A stretch of DNA of 64,000 nt from a virus. The stretch's first letter is position 1. The number at the start of each line of letters is the position of its first letter. The notes under the pieces are model-generated. The model saw only the letters and a program-made list of their open reading frames with translations. It did no database searches and was not told the origin of the DNA. The position numbers and the translations under genes were made by a program. Below are positions 49,527-60,844 of this stretch, piece after piece. The stretch is from IMG/VR virus record IMGVR_UViG_3300009545_000003, positions 5,568 to 69,567 of that record; one strand, given 5' to 3'.

Positions 49527-50050
49527 TAGTTTCTCCTGGTCCAAACACTGTTGGAACAAAAATGTTTTGTCTTAGTGGTATTGTTCTGTTCTTAAGTTTG
49601 TCTTCTTCCTCCCATTTATTAAGGAGTTTTTGTCCCTTTTCTCTCCACTCGAGTAGTTCTTCTAGAAAAGCTAAAGTTCTACCAGAAGACTTTACTACGT
49701 CTTGTGGAACTTTTGATCCTTTTTGCATTCTGTGAAGAACGCTCCATGACTCAATTTCACTCTTCAAAAGAGCGTTTGGATCTGTTGCCATGTTTCATCC
49801 TTTGTCTTTAGGGCACTTAAAATCATCAAGTACCCTAATCGGTTTTCGATACTTTGTTATTTCTCCACAGTTACATTCTACAGTACCAATCCGACCCTTG
49901 TATACTCCACGAAGTATTGGAGTAGAAGTAACTGCATAATGAGATTTTTTCTTTTCTGCTTGCCTTCTCGTTTTCAATTCTGTTAAAAGTGTAAGTTTTT
50001 CTCGAGCATTATGAATCATTATGTCGAGAATTTGATCTGATCCGCCGAAA

Positions 50051-51559
50051 TCAGAATGGCACATCGTTTTCCTCCTGCATTATTTCTGCTACCCAGCGTG
50101 AAGTTGTCCACTCTGCGAGTTTTTCATGATTACGAAGAGCTTTCAAAATTATACCGCTTGCTGTTCGTTCTCTGTTTGGTCCGACAACAACATAGTCTTG
50201 GAATAGAGCTTGGAATCGTTGACCTGGGCGATGTACTCTATCTTCACTCTGGGCTCTAGTTAGTAGAGAGTGATCGTTGGATAGATAGTCGACGTTGGAA
50301 CACTTAGTGAAGTTATGACCAAACCTTCCGGCCTGTGGCTGACCAATAAGGAGAGCCGGGCCTTCTGGATCTGGTGAATCTGGACGAAAGAGAGAAATAG
50401 CGTCTGACCTAACAGTTTTAGACTGTCCTCCTTGTAGCACACGAACTTCAAGTCCTTCGAACCTCTCTTTGGCCATTCTTTCAAGACGAGCAATTTCTGG
50501 TCTAAACCTACACCATGTAATAAGTCTGAATCCAGGGTCTTGTTCAATCCTGAATTCAAGATAGTCCAAGAACGAAGTCGTAAGTTCACATCCAACTTCC
50601 ACAACTTGAGGTTCATCACTTTCTTCATCTTTCACACCACCTAAGAATCCTGAACAAATCTGCGCCAGTCTAAGTGACTTGACTGGCGCAGTAGTTACGA
50701 CAGATACTTCATCTGTATTATTAAGATAAGCTACGAATTCGTCCCTCATCGAGCAGTAAATTTCCCATGTCTTAGATGACAACTTTACTTCACGAAGGGG
50801 CGCTTTCATTTTAGGAAGAATATCTAGACACTGAGATTTTAGTCTACGCAACACCCACGGCTTTATCTTAGCTTGTATTTCTTCTATATAGTAAAATCCA
50901 ATGATCTGCTTATTCATGTAACCACCCATTTTAGCGTGGTGGTTTCGGAAAGCATAGTAGTTTTTGAAACCTAATATAGCAGGATCTAAGAAAGCGAACT
51001 GAGAATATAGACCAAGAATTGAGTTACCTACTGGTGTGCCATTCATGATAGTTCGTCGAGATGCTTTAGGTCTAATCATCATGACGCCCTTAGTCTGAGC
51101 CGCTTTGAAATTGGATATGGTAGATGATTCATCTACTACAGCCCAAAACTTTCTACCAGCTAGCATTGCTAGGAGATTTCTAACGTGAGCAATATTTCTC
51201 AAAAGCTCTACGGATACTACAACCCACAGTAAACCCTTTGACTTGTCTGGCAGCCTAACACTACGACTAGTAAACTCGTGAATAATGCCAGGAACGAAAC
51301 TATGCTCAATAATCTGAGAAAATGTTGGGTGAATCCACACGTCTTTAACTTGTGCTGGACAAATGATAAGAACACAATCTATCTCCTTATGCTCATATAA
51401 GAAACACGCAGTATCAATAACTTGCTTTGTCTTGCCGGCTCCCATTTCATCAAGAAGGCCAAACGCCGCATTATTGTACAGAGCTTGAACACCATCAAAT
51501 TGGTGATCAAAAGGTACATATCGGCACTTAGACCAGTCAAAAGACCGCACGTCTTGCAT
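50051..51559 (-). CDS. SNF2-family SF2 helicase
   Basis: DEMGAGKT, VDES, GTP, LRRLK and QSEDRVHRPGQ. Confidence 0.92.
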   Translation of the reverse strand: MQDVRSFDWSKCRYVPFDHQFDGVQALYNNAAFGLLDEMGAGKTKQVIDTACFLYEHKEIDCVLIICPAQVKDVWIHPTFSQIIEHSFVPGIIHEFTSRSVRLPDKSKGLLWVVVSVELLRNIAHVRNLLAMLAGRKFWAVVDESSTISNFKAAQTKGVMMIRPKASRRTIMNGTPVGNSILGLYSQFAFLDPAILGFKNYYAFRNHHAKMGGYMNKQIIGFYYIEEIQAKIKPWVLRRLKSQCLDILPKMKAPLREVKLSSKTWEIYCSMRDEFVAYLNNTDEVSVVTTAPVKSLRLAQICSGFLGGVKDEESDEPQVVEVGCELTTSFLDYLEFRIEQDPGFRLITWCRFRPEIARLERMAKERFEGLEVRVLQGGQSKTVRSDAISLFRPDSPDPEGPALLIGQPQAGRFGHNFTKCSNVDYLSNDHSLLTRAQSEDRVHRPGQRFQALFQDYVVVGPNRERTASGIILKALRNHEKLAEWTTSRWVAEIMQEENDVPF

Positions 51560-51584
51560 AACCCGTTTTTCCCTTCAGATATTA

Positions 51585-51812
51585 GGTAACTTATTCACGG
51601 CTCCTAAACATACACTCGGCATGGTGTTCCCGATTACGGAGTATCTTTCCGGGTCGGTTGAGTGTACAAACTACATCCAGTCTTATGGCCAATCTTTCGC
51701 TCTCAGACTAGTAGAGCCGTGAATAAGGTACCCGACTGGTTTGGCTCCGCAAAGTAACCGCCAAGTAAAATCTCTGCGCCGTACCTTCCAGTCTTATCTT
51801 TACGGTGTTACC
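51585..51812 (+). ncRNA. candidate structured RNA or ssDNA element
   Basis: 14-bp perfect stem 51590-51603/51714-51727 enclosing nested stems. Confidence 0.45.
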
Positions 51813-52090
51813 CTTATCGGGTAATTTCTTCATCTTCTTCATCTGGATCTTCAGGACCAGAAAATCTTGCCCGAAGAATTACCTTACACTTTTCTTCAGA
51901 AAATCTATAAGGATTCTCATAGATTTCTGCTAGAAGCTCAGATTCCCCATCATAACTTACTCGAACCAATAGAAACTGACAATCAGGTTCTACAGGAACA
52001 ACCATAAGTTTGTCTTCGAACCCCAGGCCTTCTTCATACTCCGGCACCAAATCTTCTGGTAATCCAAGAGCAACATCAAAAGGACTGGCG

Positions 52091-52609
52091 TCAACTCGAA
52101 TGAGCAGCGCCGTCGATGCCATTTTTCTCCTCTAGAGAATTTATGAATCCGTTGAGAGTGGGCCAATAATAGGGGGCCGATATATCTATCGTCTCGTCTT
52201 TCCAGAACTGGCCGTAGTGTTGCGGGAATTTTCTTACAAGATTACATCTGTGAGAATAGTGGAACTCCTCGCAACCTAACCAGGCTGGAGGTTCTTGTGA
52301 ATCTGTATCGTAGCTGGGAACTACTATAGAATTAATGTAACCTCTTGAGCACCACTCACCTATCGCACACGCTATATATAATTTGAGCCATTCTTCATGA
52401 CCCGACCACATCTGTACGGCAGGGTGTCTACGCCAGTGAGAAAAAGTTCGATCGAAAGGAACTAACGTGCCTAGACTCTGAGGGAGATACGGTTTGTTCT
52501 CCAAGATCTCTAGAATCTGGCCTGCTTCTACCCGTTGTTTTCCGAGTCTTCTAAGATCTAGAAACTCCATCGATTTTACAAATGAAGTTACAGGTAGAAA
52601 GGTTTGCAT
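52091..52609 (-). CDS. pyrimidine dimer DNA glycosylase (MSMEG_6728/endonuclease V-like)
   Basis: MQTFLP, LD.RRLGKQRVEA.QIL, W..HPAV.MW.G and SHR.NL.RK. Confidence 0.85.
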   Translation of the reverse strand: MQTFLPVTSFVKSMEFLDLRRLGKQRVEAGQILEILENKPYLPQSLGTLVPFDRTFSHWRRHPAVQMWSGHEEWLKLYIACAIGEWCSRGYINSIVVPSYDTDSQEPPAWLGCEEFHYSHRCNLVRKFPQHYGQFWKDETIDISAPYYWPTLNGFINSLEEKNGIDGAAHSS

Positions 52610-52610
52610 G

Positions 52611-52817
52611 TTAAGCTGCCATCTCCTCAGGCCAGATTACTTCGATTGATTCCCCAACAGCACTTGCAATTGCTTTCATCGTTTTAAGAGTGACATTTTT
52701 TCCTTGTTTAGCATTCCAGAGCGTCATCCTAGTCAAACCAGTAGTTTCACAGATTTGATCATCGGAAATTCCTTTCTGCTCCATTAATTCGGCAATTCTA
52801 TTTGCGTGCACTGACAT
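52611..52817 (-). CDS. Cro/XRE-family HTH regulator
   Basis: I.ELM..KGIS...I...TGL.R.TL...G.NV.L.T...IA. Confidence 0.85.
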   Translation of the reverse strand: MSVHANRIAELMEQKGISDDQICETTGLTRMTLWNAKQGKNVTLKTMKAIASAVGESIEVIWPEEMAA

Positions 52818-52876
52818 AATACTTCTTCTCCTATGGTTGGCAGAATCGTTTGTTATATGATTTACTCTATAGTATT

Positions 52877-52906
52877 ATTATATAACAACTTAATATCGGA
52901 TGTAAA
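52877..52906 (-). promoter_or_regulatory. sigma70-like promoter TTTACA-N18-TATAAT
   Basis: Near-identical to 58634-58663; upstream of the Cro-like gene. Confidence 0.7.
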
Positions 52907-55358
52907 ATACTTTTTAAACTTTGTTTCATCGCTTATTTAGGTGTACAAGTGTTAAGAAGTCTTCCCATTGTTTAGATTCACCGTCTAATTCATAATGATC
53001 ATAGTGCTGTCCACAAAGTCTTTCAAAACCTCCTTGTGACTGTATCGAGTAAATTAAAGAAGTACCCCAAGGAAATTTCCATTCATGAGTTCCTGCATTT
53101 AGTAGACCATTGAGTTTAAGAAAGATATCGAAATGTTCCATCTCAAAATCTCTCTTACTTTTCTCTGAGGCAAAAACATAAAGAATTCTAGAATTTGGAG
53201 TTAAAAGATTCTTGAAGAACTGACGTTCTTGCTCAATTTTAGAAATCAGACTCCGTCTCAGTCCAGAAGACTGTGTCAATCTGAATTTCGGGTTCTTTGG
53301 GTTCTTCACCGCCTCCACGAACTGAGAATAGAAGCTTGATGAGGTAACAGAGTCCTTGTTCGTATTCTTCGCTGTCATAGTTTCCTATCCATTCTGAGGT
53401 TATTCGTAGCTCACCGTTATAGCCACGTAATTCGTAGTATCTACGCCATGAAAGAGCATGAACTAGCGTAGGTAAAGGCGACGAATTAAGAGGAACGTTA
53501 AAAGAGTCTACTACGTTGTATTCCCGTCTCTCCACGTAATATCCTCACGATCTGATCTTCATGCATGCAGATGTTTCCTAGCCTGTTTAAAACGTCACTG
53601 GCCTGCATTCTAGCTTCATCTACCCAAACATATCCCATCATGCCATCTTCTTTGAGGTGATCTGAAGCATGCCATAGAAAGTACATAGCGTCATTCGTAG
53701 TTTCAGGCCAATAATCCCAATGAAACTCCTCCGGATTAGGTTCTGTAACCCAGCCATAACTGAACCGGTCACAGATTTCAATCGCGCAGTCTAGAACAGG
53801 ATCATCAACAGACCACCGTCTATACAATACAAGAGCAGTACAACTCATTTGATCCTCTCATAGTTGCATTCACGCTCTATCGAACTAACAGCTGTTGACA
53901 TGGAGGTGTACGGCCTTGGATCTCTGTAAGGATCTGCAATGAATATTTTCTCATCAAGTTGAATCAGTTCTCCGCAGATTTTACCATTAACTTTTAAGAC
54001 CCAAGTGCTGTCCTTAGAGTTAAACCATCCTGTTGCCAACTTGTTCATTTCGGTAAGACAACCTGCAAGATAGGCAACGCCTATCAGCATGGTTACTAGA
54101 ACGTATTTCATGAACGTTTTCCATCCTGTTCTATCAGAATACTTTCAAAAGCTGTTGCTGGAAATGAATGCCAACCGCATTCAGATTGAAAGTGCATTAC
54201 TCCAGTCTTACGATTGTGAGTCAACTTATAAATCTCACCATCATATCGGCTACACGGACCGTCATGTTCTTTTAGTCTCAATCTCATCCACATCGAGTGC
54301 TCCTTCTCTGGGCTGCGCCTCTCGGGATCGAGCAGCTATTCCCGTCATTGCACTAGCACCGTTTTTCCATGCCTGTATGTCTTGCTTGAGCGCGGCATTC
54401 TCGCCCTGTAATCGGCAGTTCACTTGTTGCAGATGGCTCAGATCATGAATGTGCGTAGCATTCGCTACTTCCAAATCGTGAATTTTGATCAGCGAGTTGC
54501 CATATGCGGAGCACAGTTCTTTTCCTTTGCGCTCGAAGTCGTCTCTCTCGGTGCGCAATTGCTCAATGTAAGATTCGGGAGCATAAACCTGTTTCTGTAG
54601 CTCACTGATCTGCTGGGCCTGGAGGGCTGAGTATTCTTCAATCCACGTCGCTACATCAGCGACATCTAGATTACGTGAAGACGTGAAACCCTTTTTCCAT
54701 AACCATTTCTTAATGTTCTCATGAATGTCTTCTCCTATTTTTCCTTGGCATACATGCGTATCAGTTATGCAGTTATAGGCTTTACCACATTGGCTGCAAA
54801 CTACTGGTCCACCTATAGTTTGTTCCATTTTACCCTCCAGTCACTTGCTGATCTTCTTCAACCTTAATCTGTAATCTACGCTGCAGAGCATTCGCTTCCT
54901 CAATATTCTTATTGAGTATAGCAAGTTGAAGGGCAATTTCTCCATGAAACACGATCTTTGCTCTTAGAGTCATGTCTTTGAGATTAGTCGTGAACATATC
55001 GATGGTCTGCTGAATTTCTCCTGGCGACATTAAGTGCATTCCTTTCTGTTCCATATACTTTCCGTTAGTCAAGACGTACATCGTAGTTTGATCGCTTTCG
55101 AATCCACTTCCAACAATCTTGTGACAACCAATGCAGAGATAGTGCCAGCTTCCTCGTATTCCGAAAGATGTGTGTTGACTGAGTGCCGTATCAAAGATGA
55201 TTTTAGGGCTCTTTTGGGAGCAGCTTTCACACCTTTGGCTTCTGATCGGATTCATCTGGCTCAGCCCTCGTTGGTAGTAACATACCATTACTATTGCGAC
55301 AGTATACGTTTCCTGAAGGTTTATGAAAATAGAACTCAGTCTTAGTCTGCTTGGATAG

Positions 55359-55384
55359 GTCTGGAGATCTTACGATCTCCAGAC
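55359..55384 (-). other. perfect 11-bp intergenic hairpin with GTAA (GNRA) loop
   Basis: GTCTGGAGATC-TTAC-GATCTCCAGAC. Confidence 0.7.
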
Positions 55385-56710
55385 TACAATGCTTACAGCG
55401 TATCACGCGTCCTCCGAAAAACTTCTTTCTGGCATTGAAAAAGCGTGTGGAATCCCACAGATATTCGTAAGGTGCTTCTGGTAGTTTTGCATTCGACGGG
55501 CTATTTTGTTAGCCCAAATTTGTGCAGTGGTTTGGTCTTGAAAGCCGTTGTGTAAAACCCGGTCTTTCTCGATCGTTATGTCAACATAGAAGGGCTCACT
55601 TTCTGTTCTCTGTGCTATTATTACAGGCACTTTTCTCCCCTTTACTTCAGTTTGAGATACCCGCTTACTCCTTCCTTTTCTATAATATCTGGTCCTAGCC
55701 AACTCTCGAGAGACTCTATGGCTTTCTTTAACGCTCTCTTGTGTCCTTCAGAGCCCAGATTCTTGAAACGATATTTATCTAGTACGTGATCTCCTAGAGT
55801 AACTAGGATATAGTAAATCACTTAGGTTCCTCTATCCATGTAAATACTTTAAATGCACCTATAGCTCCTAGATTCTCCTCAATTTCAAAAGAACTGCCGA
55901 TTTGTTTTTCCATCCACTCTAGGATGTGGGGAAGTTGGTAAGAAATCTCATTTAATGAGCCGCCGCCTGTGTTGAATCTGGCGCGGTATCTCTTCTCGCC
56001 ATCTCTATCAGGCTCAACAGCTAGCCAACCGTGATACTTCTTCGGAAGTTCTGGCTGTGAGTGTTCTGGCTGTGAGTATTCTCTCACGGCGTTTATTTCG
56101 TCCAGTAATTCCTGGATAGGTCCTAATACCCAACCGCGGCCATCACACTCAGAACAGATTTCCTGTGACCCGTCATCTTCGATAAGAGTCGTGTGCTTTG
56201 CTCCACCACACGACTGACACTCAAGCCTAAAGTCTTCAGGCACCGTTTCCCAGTTCACTTCTTGGTCAAGGATCATGCTGACCTCCTATAAGTGCCAGCC
56301 GTTTGAACATCAATTCTGTGCTGAACTCTAACTAGCTCAGATTTAGAGAGTTTATCGGTAATTTCGAGTAAATCACCTGGGAGGCAAATTCTCTTAATCG
56401 AGTTATCTTCACTTGTATAAACGTACAAGTGGCATCTTACTCCAGAATCATTTTTGACGTAGACACTATGCTTCATGTGATTTCACCTGCCTTAGGTATT
56501 CTGTTTCTGATAATCCAGTTACCCAGCGTCCTCCACGATTGTATACGTTATGAGCTGCGCAGGCTCCACACATTAAGTAGCCTCGTCTGTCTTTTTCATG
56601 GTATACTATTGTCTCAGCTATTCTTCCACAAGGAATATAGCTATTTATAGACAGTGTGCTTGCTTCTTGGCAGAGTGATCCTTCAGGAAGTTTTATGAGA
56701 GGAATATCAC

Positions 56711-56869
56711 TCATTCTCCACCTCCTGCTCTCTTTTCCTTACGAAGCCGATCTTTCTCCATCTGAGCCCAACGAGTTTTCTTTGTTGGGTTGTTACGTTT
56801 CGTGTGCTTCTTGCACGCGTATCTATTTCCTAGTCTACGTCGTGCGGCCTTACCTGTGGCGTTCGCCAT
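56711..56869 (-). CDS. 52 aa Arg/Lys-rich peptide not in the ORF track
   Basis: Hand translation MANATGKAARRRLGNRYACKKHTKRNNPTKKTRWAQMEKDRLRKEKRAGGGE; ATGA overlap with the next gene. Confidence 0.55.
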   Translation of the reverse strand: MANATGKAARRRLGNRYACKKHTKRNNPTKKTRWAQMEKDRLRKEKRAGGGE

Positions 56870-57668
56870 CCTTCGCTCTCCGATTACGACTACTCCGTCG
56901 TCGGTTAAGTGTTCTTTACAATTCGCTCTGTGAAATCAGGAACAAGAGCAATCACATCATCGAGAAATTTTTGACCCTCAGCAACAGTAGGCTTACCGTG
57001 ACTAATATTGTTGATAGATCGGTTGATGAGTTGAAATCCCACTACTAAAAGATTCTTGAGTTTTTCTTCTTCAGTCATAGTCCCATTTACTCCCTACTGT
57101 TGATATCTGTTAGATAGTCTTGAAGGCCGCTAATTCTTTGACCTTCAAACTTGTGTTCAAAATGAATTGGGTAACCAGAGCCAGAAGGAAAAACAGTGAT
57201 AGATTCTCCTGGTCTTCCTTTGTTAACAAATCGGTTTATTTTCTCTCCGAAGTGTTCTTCAGGCTCCCACCCATGCGCGGCCAGAATTTTGACCGCGCGC
57301 GAGTTGATGACAGAAAGCTTAAGACTCATCATCTTCCTCCAGAGTAAAGGCTACGTCACTTTTGAAGATTGAGCCATTTTCTTCAAGCATTTCACAGTCA
57401 GACTCATCCAGAGAAAAGATTTCTTTGGTTTCATCATTCCAAAGATACGTTTCCTCAAGATTTGAATTCGGCCTTTCGACTATCAAAAGCTTAGCCATTA
57501 GACCTCTTTTCTTTGAGTGGTCTTCCAGGTTTCCCGAGAAGAGTGTTGGCGGCCTTACGGAAGATAGAGGCCTGCATCTTAATTCTCATAGCCTCTGCAT
57601 CTAGTTTGGAGGCTTCCTTCATGATTTTCGTGGCAAGGTTACTTTTCATTGTTTCTCCTTAAAAATTA

Positions 57669-57780
57669 TGGCGGCGTCTGCAGTTTGTGCGTCTGCATCT
57701 TCAGCATCTTTTCTAGCCGGTTGTACACCCTGCACTAGCGATTACTGCTGTTCTCACCTTTGACACTAAGGCCACCGCCA
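57669..57780 (-). ncRNA. candidate cloverleaf-like structured element
   Basis: TGGCGGTG/CGCCGCCA closing stem with three internal arms; fills an intergenic gap. Confidence 0.4.
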
Positions 57781-58633
57781 GCTCAAACTGAAATAGATTT
57801 CGAGTCATCATTCCAACCCATCACTTTGTCATCATTTTCTCTAATGGCAGTAGTCAGTTCATTCAACCTATTCTCTACTTCTTTAGAGACTTTCTCTGCT
57901 CTAGCAAGAGCTAGTACTTCCATTGCCATTATAAGCAAATCCCCAGTAGAAACCATTTCTTTGTTAACAGGCATTTTTCTTCTCCTCTTTTCGATGAATT
58001 CGTTTCATCCACCATTCTGAAATCCAGTGCATTCTTAGACTAAAGACTCGTCGCATCCAGATCAATTCTTCGCCTTTGTACTCTCCGTACACTATGACGA
58101 AAAGATCTATACACTTAAATCTGTGTGTGCCGTTGCAAAGGCAAGAGTTCATGGAATAGCGCCACGTTACTCTCTCATCGAGAATCTCAGAGAATAATTC
58201 CTGCGTCATTTGAAAGTCAGACACTATTCTACCTCCCATGGCTGGAGCTCACGAATATTGTTGCTGATCTCCTCAGCATAGACTCCAGTCTCATCTATTC
58301 GTGTTATTCGGTAAGAAATCGAACCAGTGCCTGGAGCGGCAGCATGGTGAACTACTGTATCTCCAATTTTATTAAGTTTAACTGCTCTAATATAACAATC
58401 GTATGGTTCTTCTACACCTTCACCTGTGAACACTGTAGGTGGATAAATCTTCTCTTCAGCCTGCATCGTCGTCTCTCCATCATGCGAATCGTCGCATTCG
58501 GTTGATGTTACTTAGGTAACTCTCACTACTTACTTTCATCACAATATTAGTGTATTGCAGTTAAATTTCTAAATACACAACCCAAAATTGTGATGATACT
58601 AAGTAGTAACTAATTTTTCACTATCATAATTAT

Positions 58634-58663
58634 ATTATATAACAACTTAGTATCGGTTGTAAA
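58634..58663 (-). promoter_or_regulatory. sigma70-like promoter TTTACA-N18-TATAAT
   Basis: 28/30 identical to 52877-52906; AT-rich intergenic region. Confidence 0.7.
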
Positions 58664-59653
58664 TAACAATGTTAAATATATTTTACAAGAACTACAGACA
58701 TACAAATTCCTCCTCATCAGAATCATAGTCACGTACAGTTATCCACTCTTTTTTCTCTCGAGGATACATTGCAAAGTGAATGAACTCCACAATCCAACCA
58801 TCCTCTTTTAGGCGTGTCTTACAGTGGTATCTAAAGGAATGGAGTAGTTTTGAACTCATTAGCTTTGGTGTTGGAATAGCCACCGTTCCATATGACGGCC
58901 CACGTTCTTCGAATGAATAGCAAAGAAACACTAACAAAACGTCTGCTGCTCTTGCTGTCAGATCTGGTGGAGTTCTCTTTACTCTGTACTTCTCCACAAA
59001 CTCAGTTTCGATCAAAAGCTTTGTCTCGTTCTTGATCTTAGATGTGTGAACTGGTGGCATTACTTCAATCTCCGAATGAGAAGACCTTTTCTGATTCTTT
59101 CAACATCCACTGCTGCCGTTTCTATCCACTTGTCTACTACAAAATCTATGAGTCCGGCATAGACCATTTCTCCCATAGAGTATGGAACTTTATAACACGG
59201 ACAGTCTGTCGTAAGGGATCCTTCTGCTCCACCACACATAGAGCAAATAAATAGATTGCAGATGTTACAAGTTACATCAGCACAATTCTCATGAGTTGTT
59301 CTTTCGTGCTTCATACTGTCTCCTTATGCCATAGCTTAGGCTGAGTAAGAGCCTCATCTATCTTACGGCTTACTTCTGGCCAGTTATAGTCTCTAGCATA
59401 CCAATTACCTGAAGTCACTATTTCTGTCTTAGCAAGTATTAGCGCTTCATAAAGATTACCTATCCGTTCGATAAGCAAAAGTTCTGATAGTCGCCCAATC
59501 TCACCAGGCATTTCAGTGCTTTCAGTCACAGGGCCACGAACCCACTCATCTAATAAGGTCCATCGTTCTTTTAAATCTTCAGGTATCTTCATATGTTCTC
59601 CTTAAAAATAGGGAGGCCACCCCTACCCAGAAGTCAGCCTCCCTTATGAAGCC

Positions 59654-60457
59654 CTACCAGGGCAAGTTAATATCAATAGGTGTGTTTCCGTCTAGTAATC
59701 TAGCACGGACAATTTCAAAGGTGTGTGACCCGGGCACTGTTCCTTGATACTCAGTCTGAAACTGCGGATGACGTAAAGGTCCTCCCCATTTGGCCGCGAT
59801 GAGTGGAATGTTCACAAACTTGCTACTGAAAGCAGTGAACACTTCGCCATTTTGAGACATTGCAAGCGAACTCCAACGTCCTCCATCACCGATAACGCCA
59901 TTCCACCACCATCTAAAGCGGATATCGTTAATAGCTGTAATTCCGCTTGTAGAATCCGTTAGTAGCATTGGAGTTTTAGGGTTGAATCCAATATCTTGCC
60001 AACCTTTACCATCAGGGTCATACTGCCAACTCTTACTGTCGCGATTCCACTGGTGAGATTCGTTCATTTGAGCTTTAAGAGTAGCATTTCCTGCAGCATC
60101 AAGTTGTTTCGTGCCATCAGCTACCATGACCTTGTCGTCAAGTTCGAGTCTCATGATAGTAGCCCAGTCAGCAGATGTGATGATGATCTGAAAATCATAA
60201 CCGAACCACATTGGAGATCCAACCGGGTTAGGCGTGAATGGATAACTCTTACTGACTAGTCCCCCACCACCGTCAACCTCGGTATAGTTCGTGATAACCA
60301 TCGGTTTGTTTTGATCCCCATCAGTATAACCATCAAATAGCTTAGACGGCTTTGGGTTTACATCGGAACTGATTTTCGAAGCGTATTGATCTGACTGAAT
60401 GAAATCAATACACCTAAATGAGGTGCTTACGTTTTGAGTTGTTGTCTTACTTGGCAT
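59654..60457 (-). CDS. beta-rich hypothetical protein
   Basis: AAGGAG RBS, Trp-rich; AGGGAGGC/GCCTCCCT hairpin downstream. Confidence 0.6.
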   Translation of the reverse strand: MPSKTTTQNVSTSFRCIDFIQSDQYASKISSDVNPKPSKLFDGYTDGDQNKPMVITNYTEVDGGGGLVSKSYPFTPNPVGSPMWFGYDFQIIITSADWATIMRLELDDKVMVADGTKQLDAAGNATLKAQMNESHQWNRDSKSWQYDPDGKGWQDIGFNPKTPMLLTDSTSGITAINDIRFRWWWNGVIGDGGRWSSLAMSQNGEVFTAFSSKFVNIPLIAAKWGGPLRHPQFQTEYQGTVPGSHTFEIVRARLLDGNTPIDINLPW

Positions 60458-60751
60458 TTTTACTCCTTGGGGTTAATTGCCTGAAGCCAATTTATACGTT
60501 CCTCCAGGTTTGTGTTGCGCTTGTTTGTACTGCTCAAAAGTATATTCTACGTCGCTCGTAGGGAATACCATCACATCTACACCATTCAATTTAGAGATGA
60601 CTATAACGTCGAGCAATTTAGAGATACGGATCATATCTACAATTGCTTCGTCAACACCTCCAGTAGCAGGTGATCCTAGTCTTAACTCCATTCTCGCCAT
60701 ATGTCACCAATGTTTTGAGTTTAAAATACCGTTAGCAAAATTACATTTGCC

Positions 60752-60844
60752 AATCACCCAGGGTCACTCCAGGGATATCCAGGAGTATCGCAGGGTGACT
60801 TGTGCAAATATGGATATAGTAATTATCATACCCAGCCTTGCATA
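60752..60844 (-). repeat. dispersed palindrome + CCCTGG element, copy 4
   Basis: Reverse complement contains TCCCTGGAGTGACCCTGGGTGATT as in copy 3; TGTGCAA 60801...TTGCATA 60844. Confidence 0.88.

Noticed and set aside
56049-56082. 15-bp tandem duplication TTCTGGCTGTGAGT(G/A)
   Set aside because: In-frame 5-codon duplication (YSQPE/HSQPE) in a linker; no sign of a wider array
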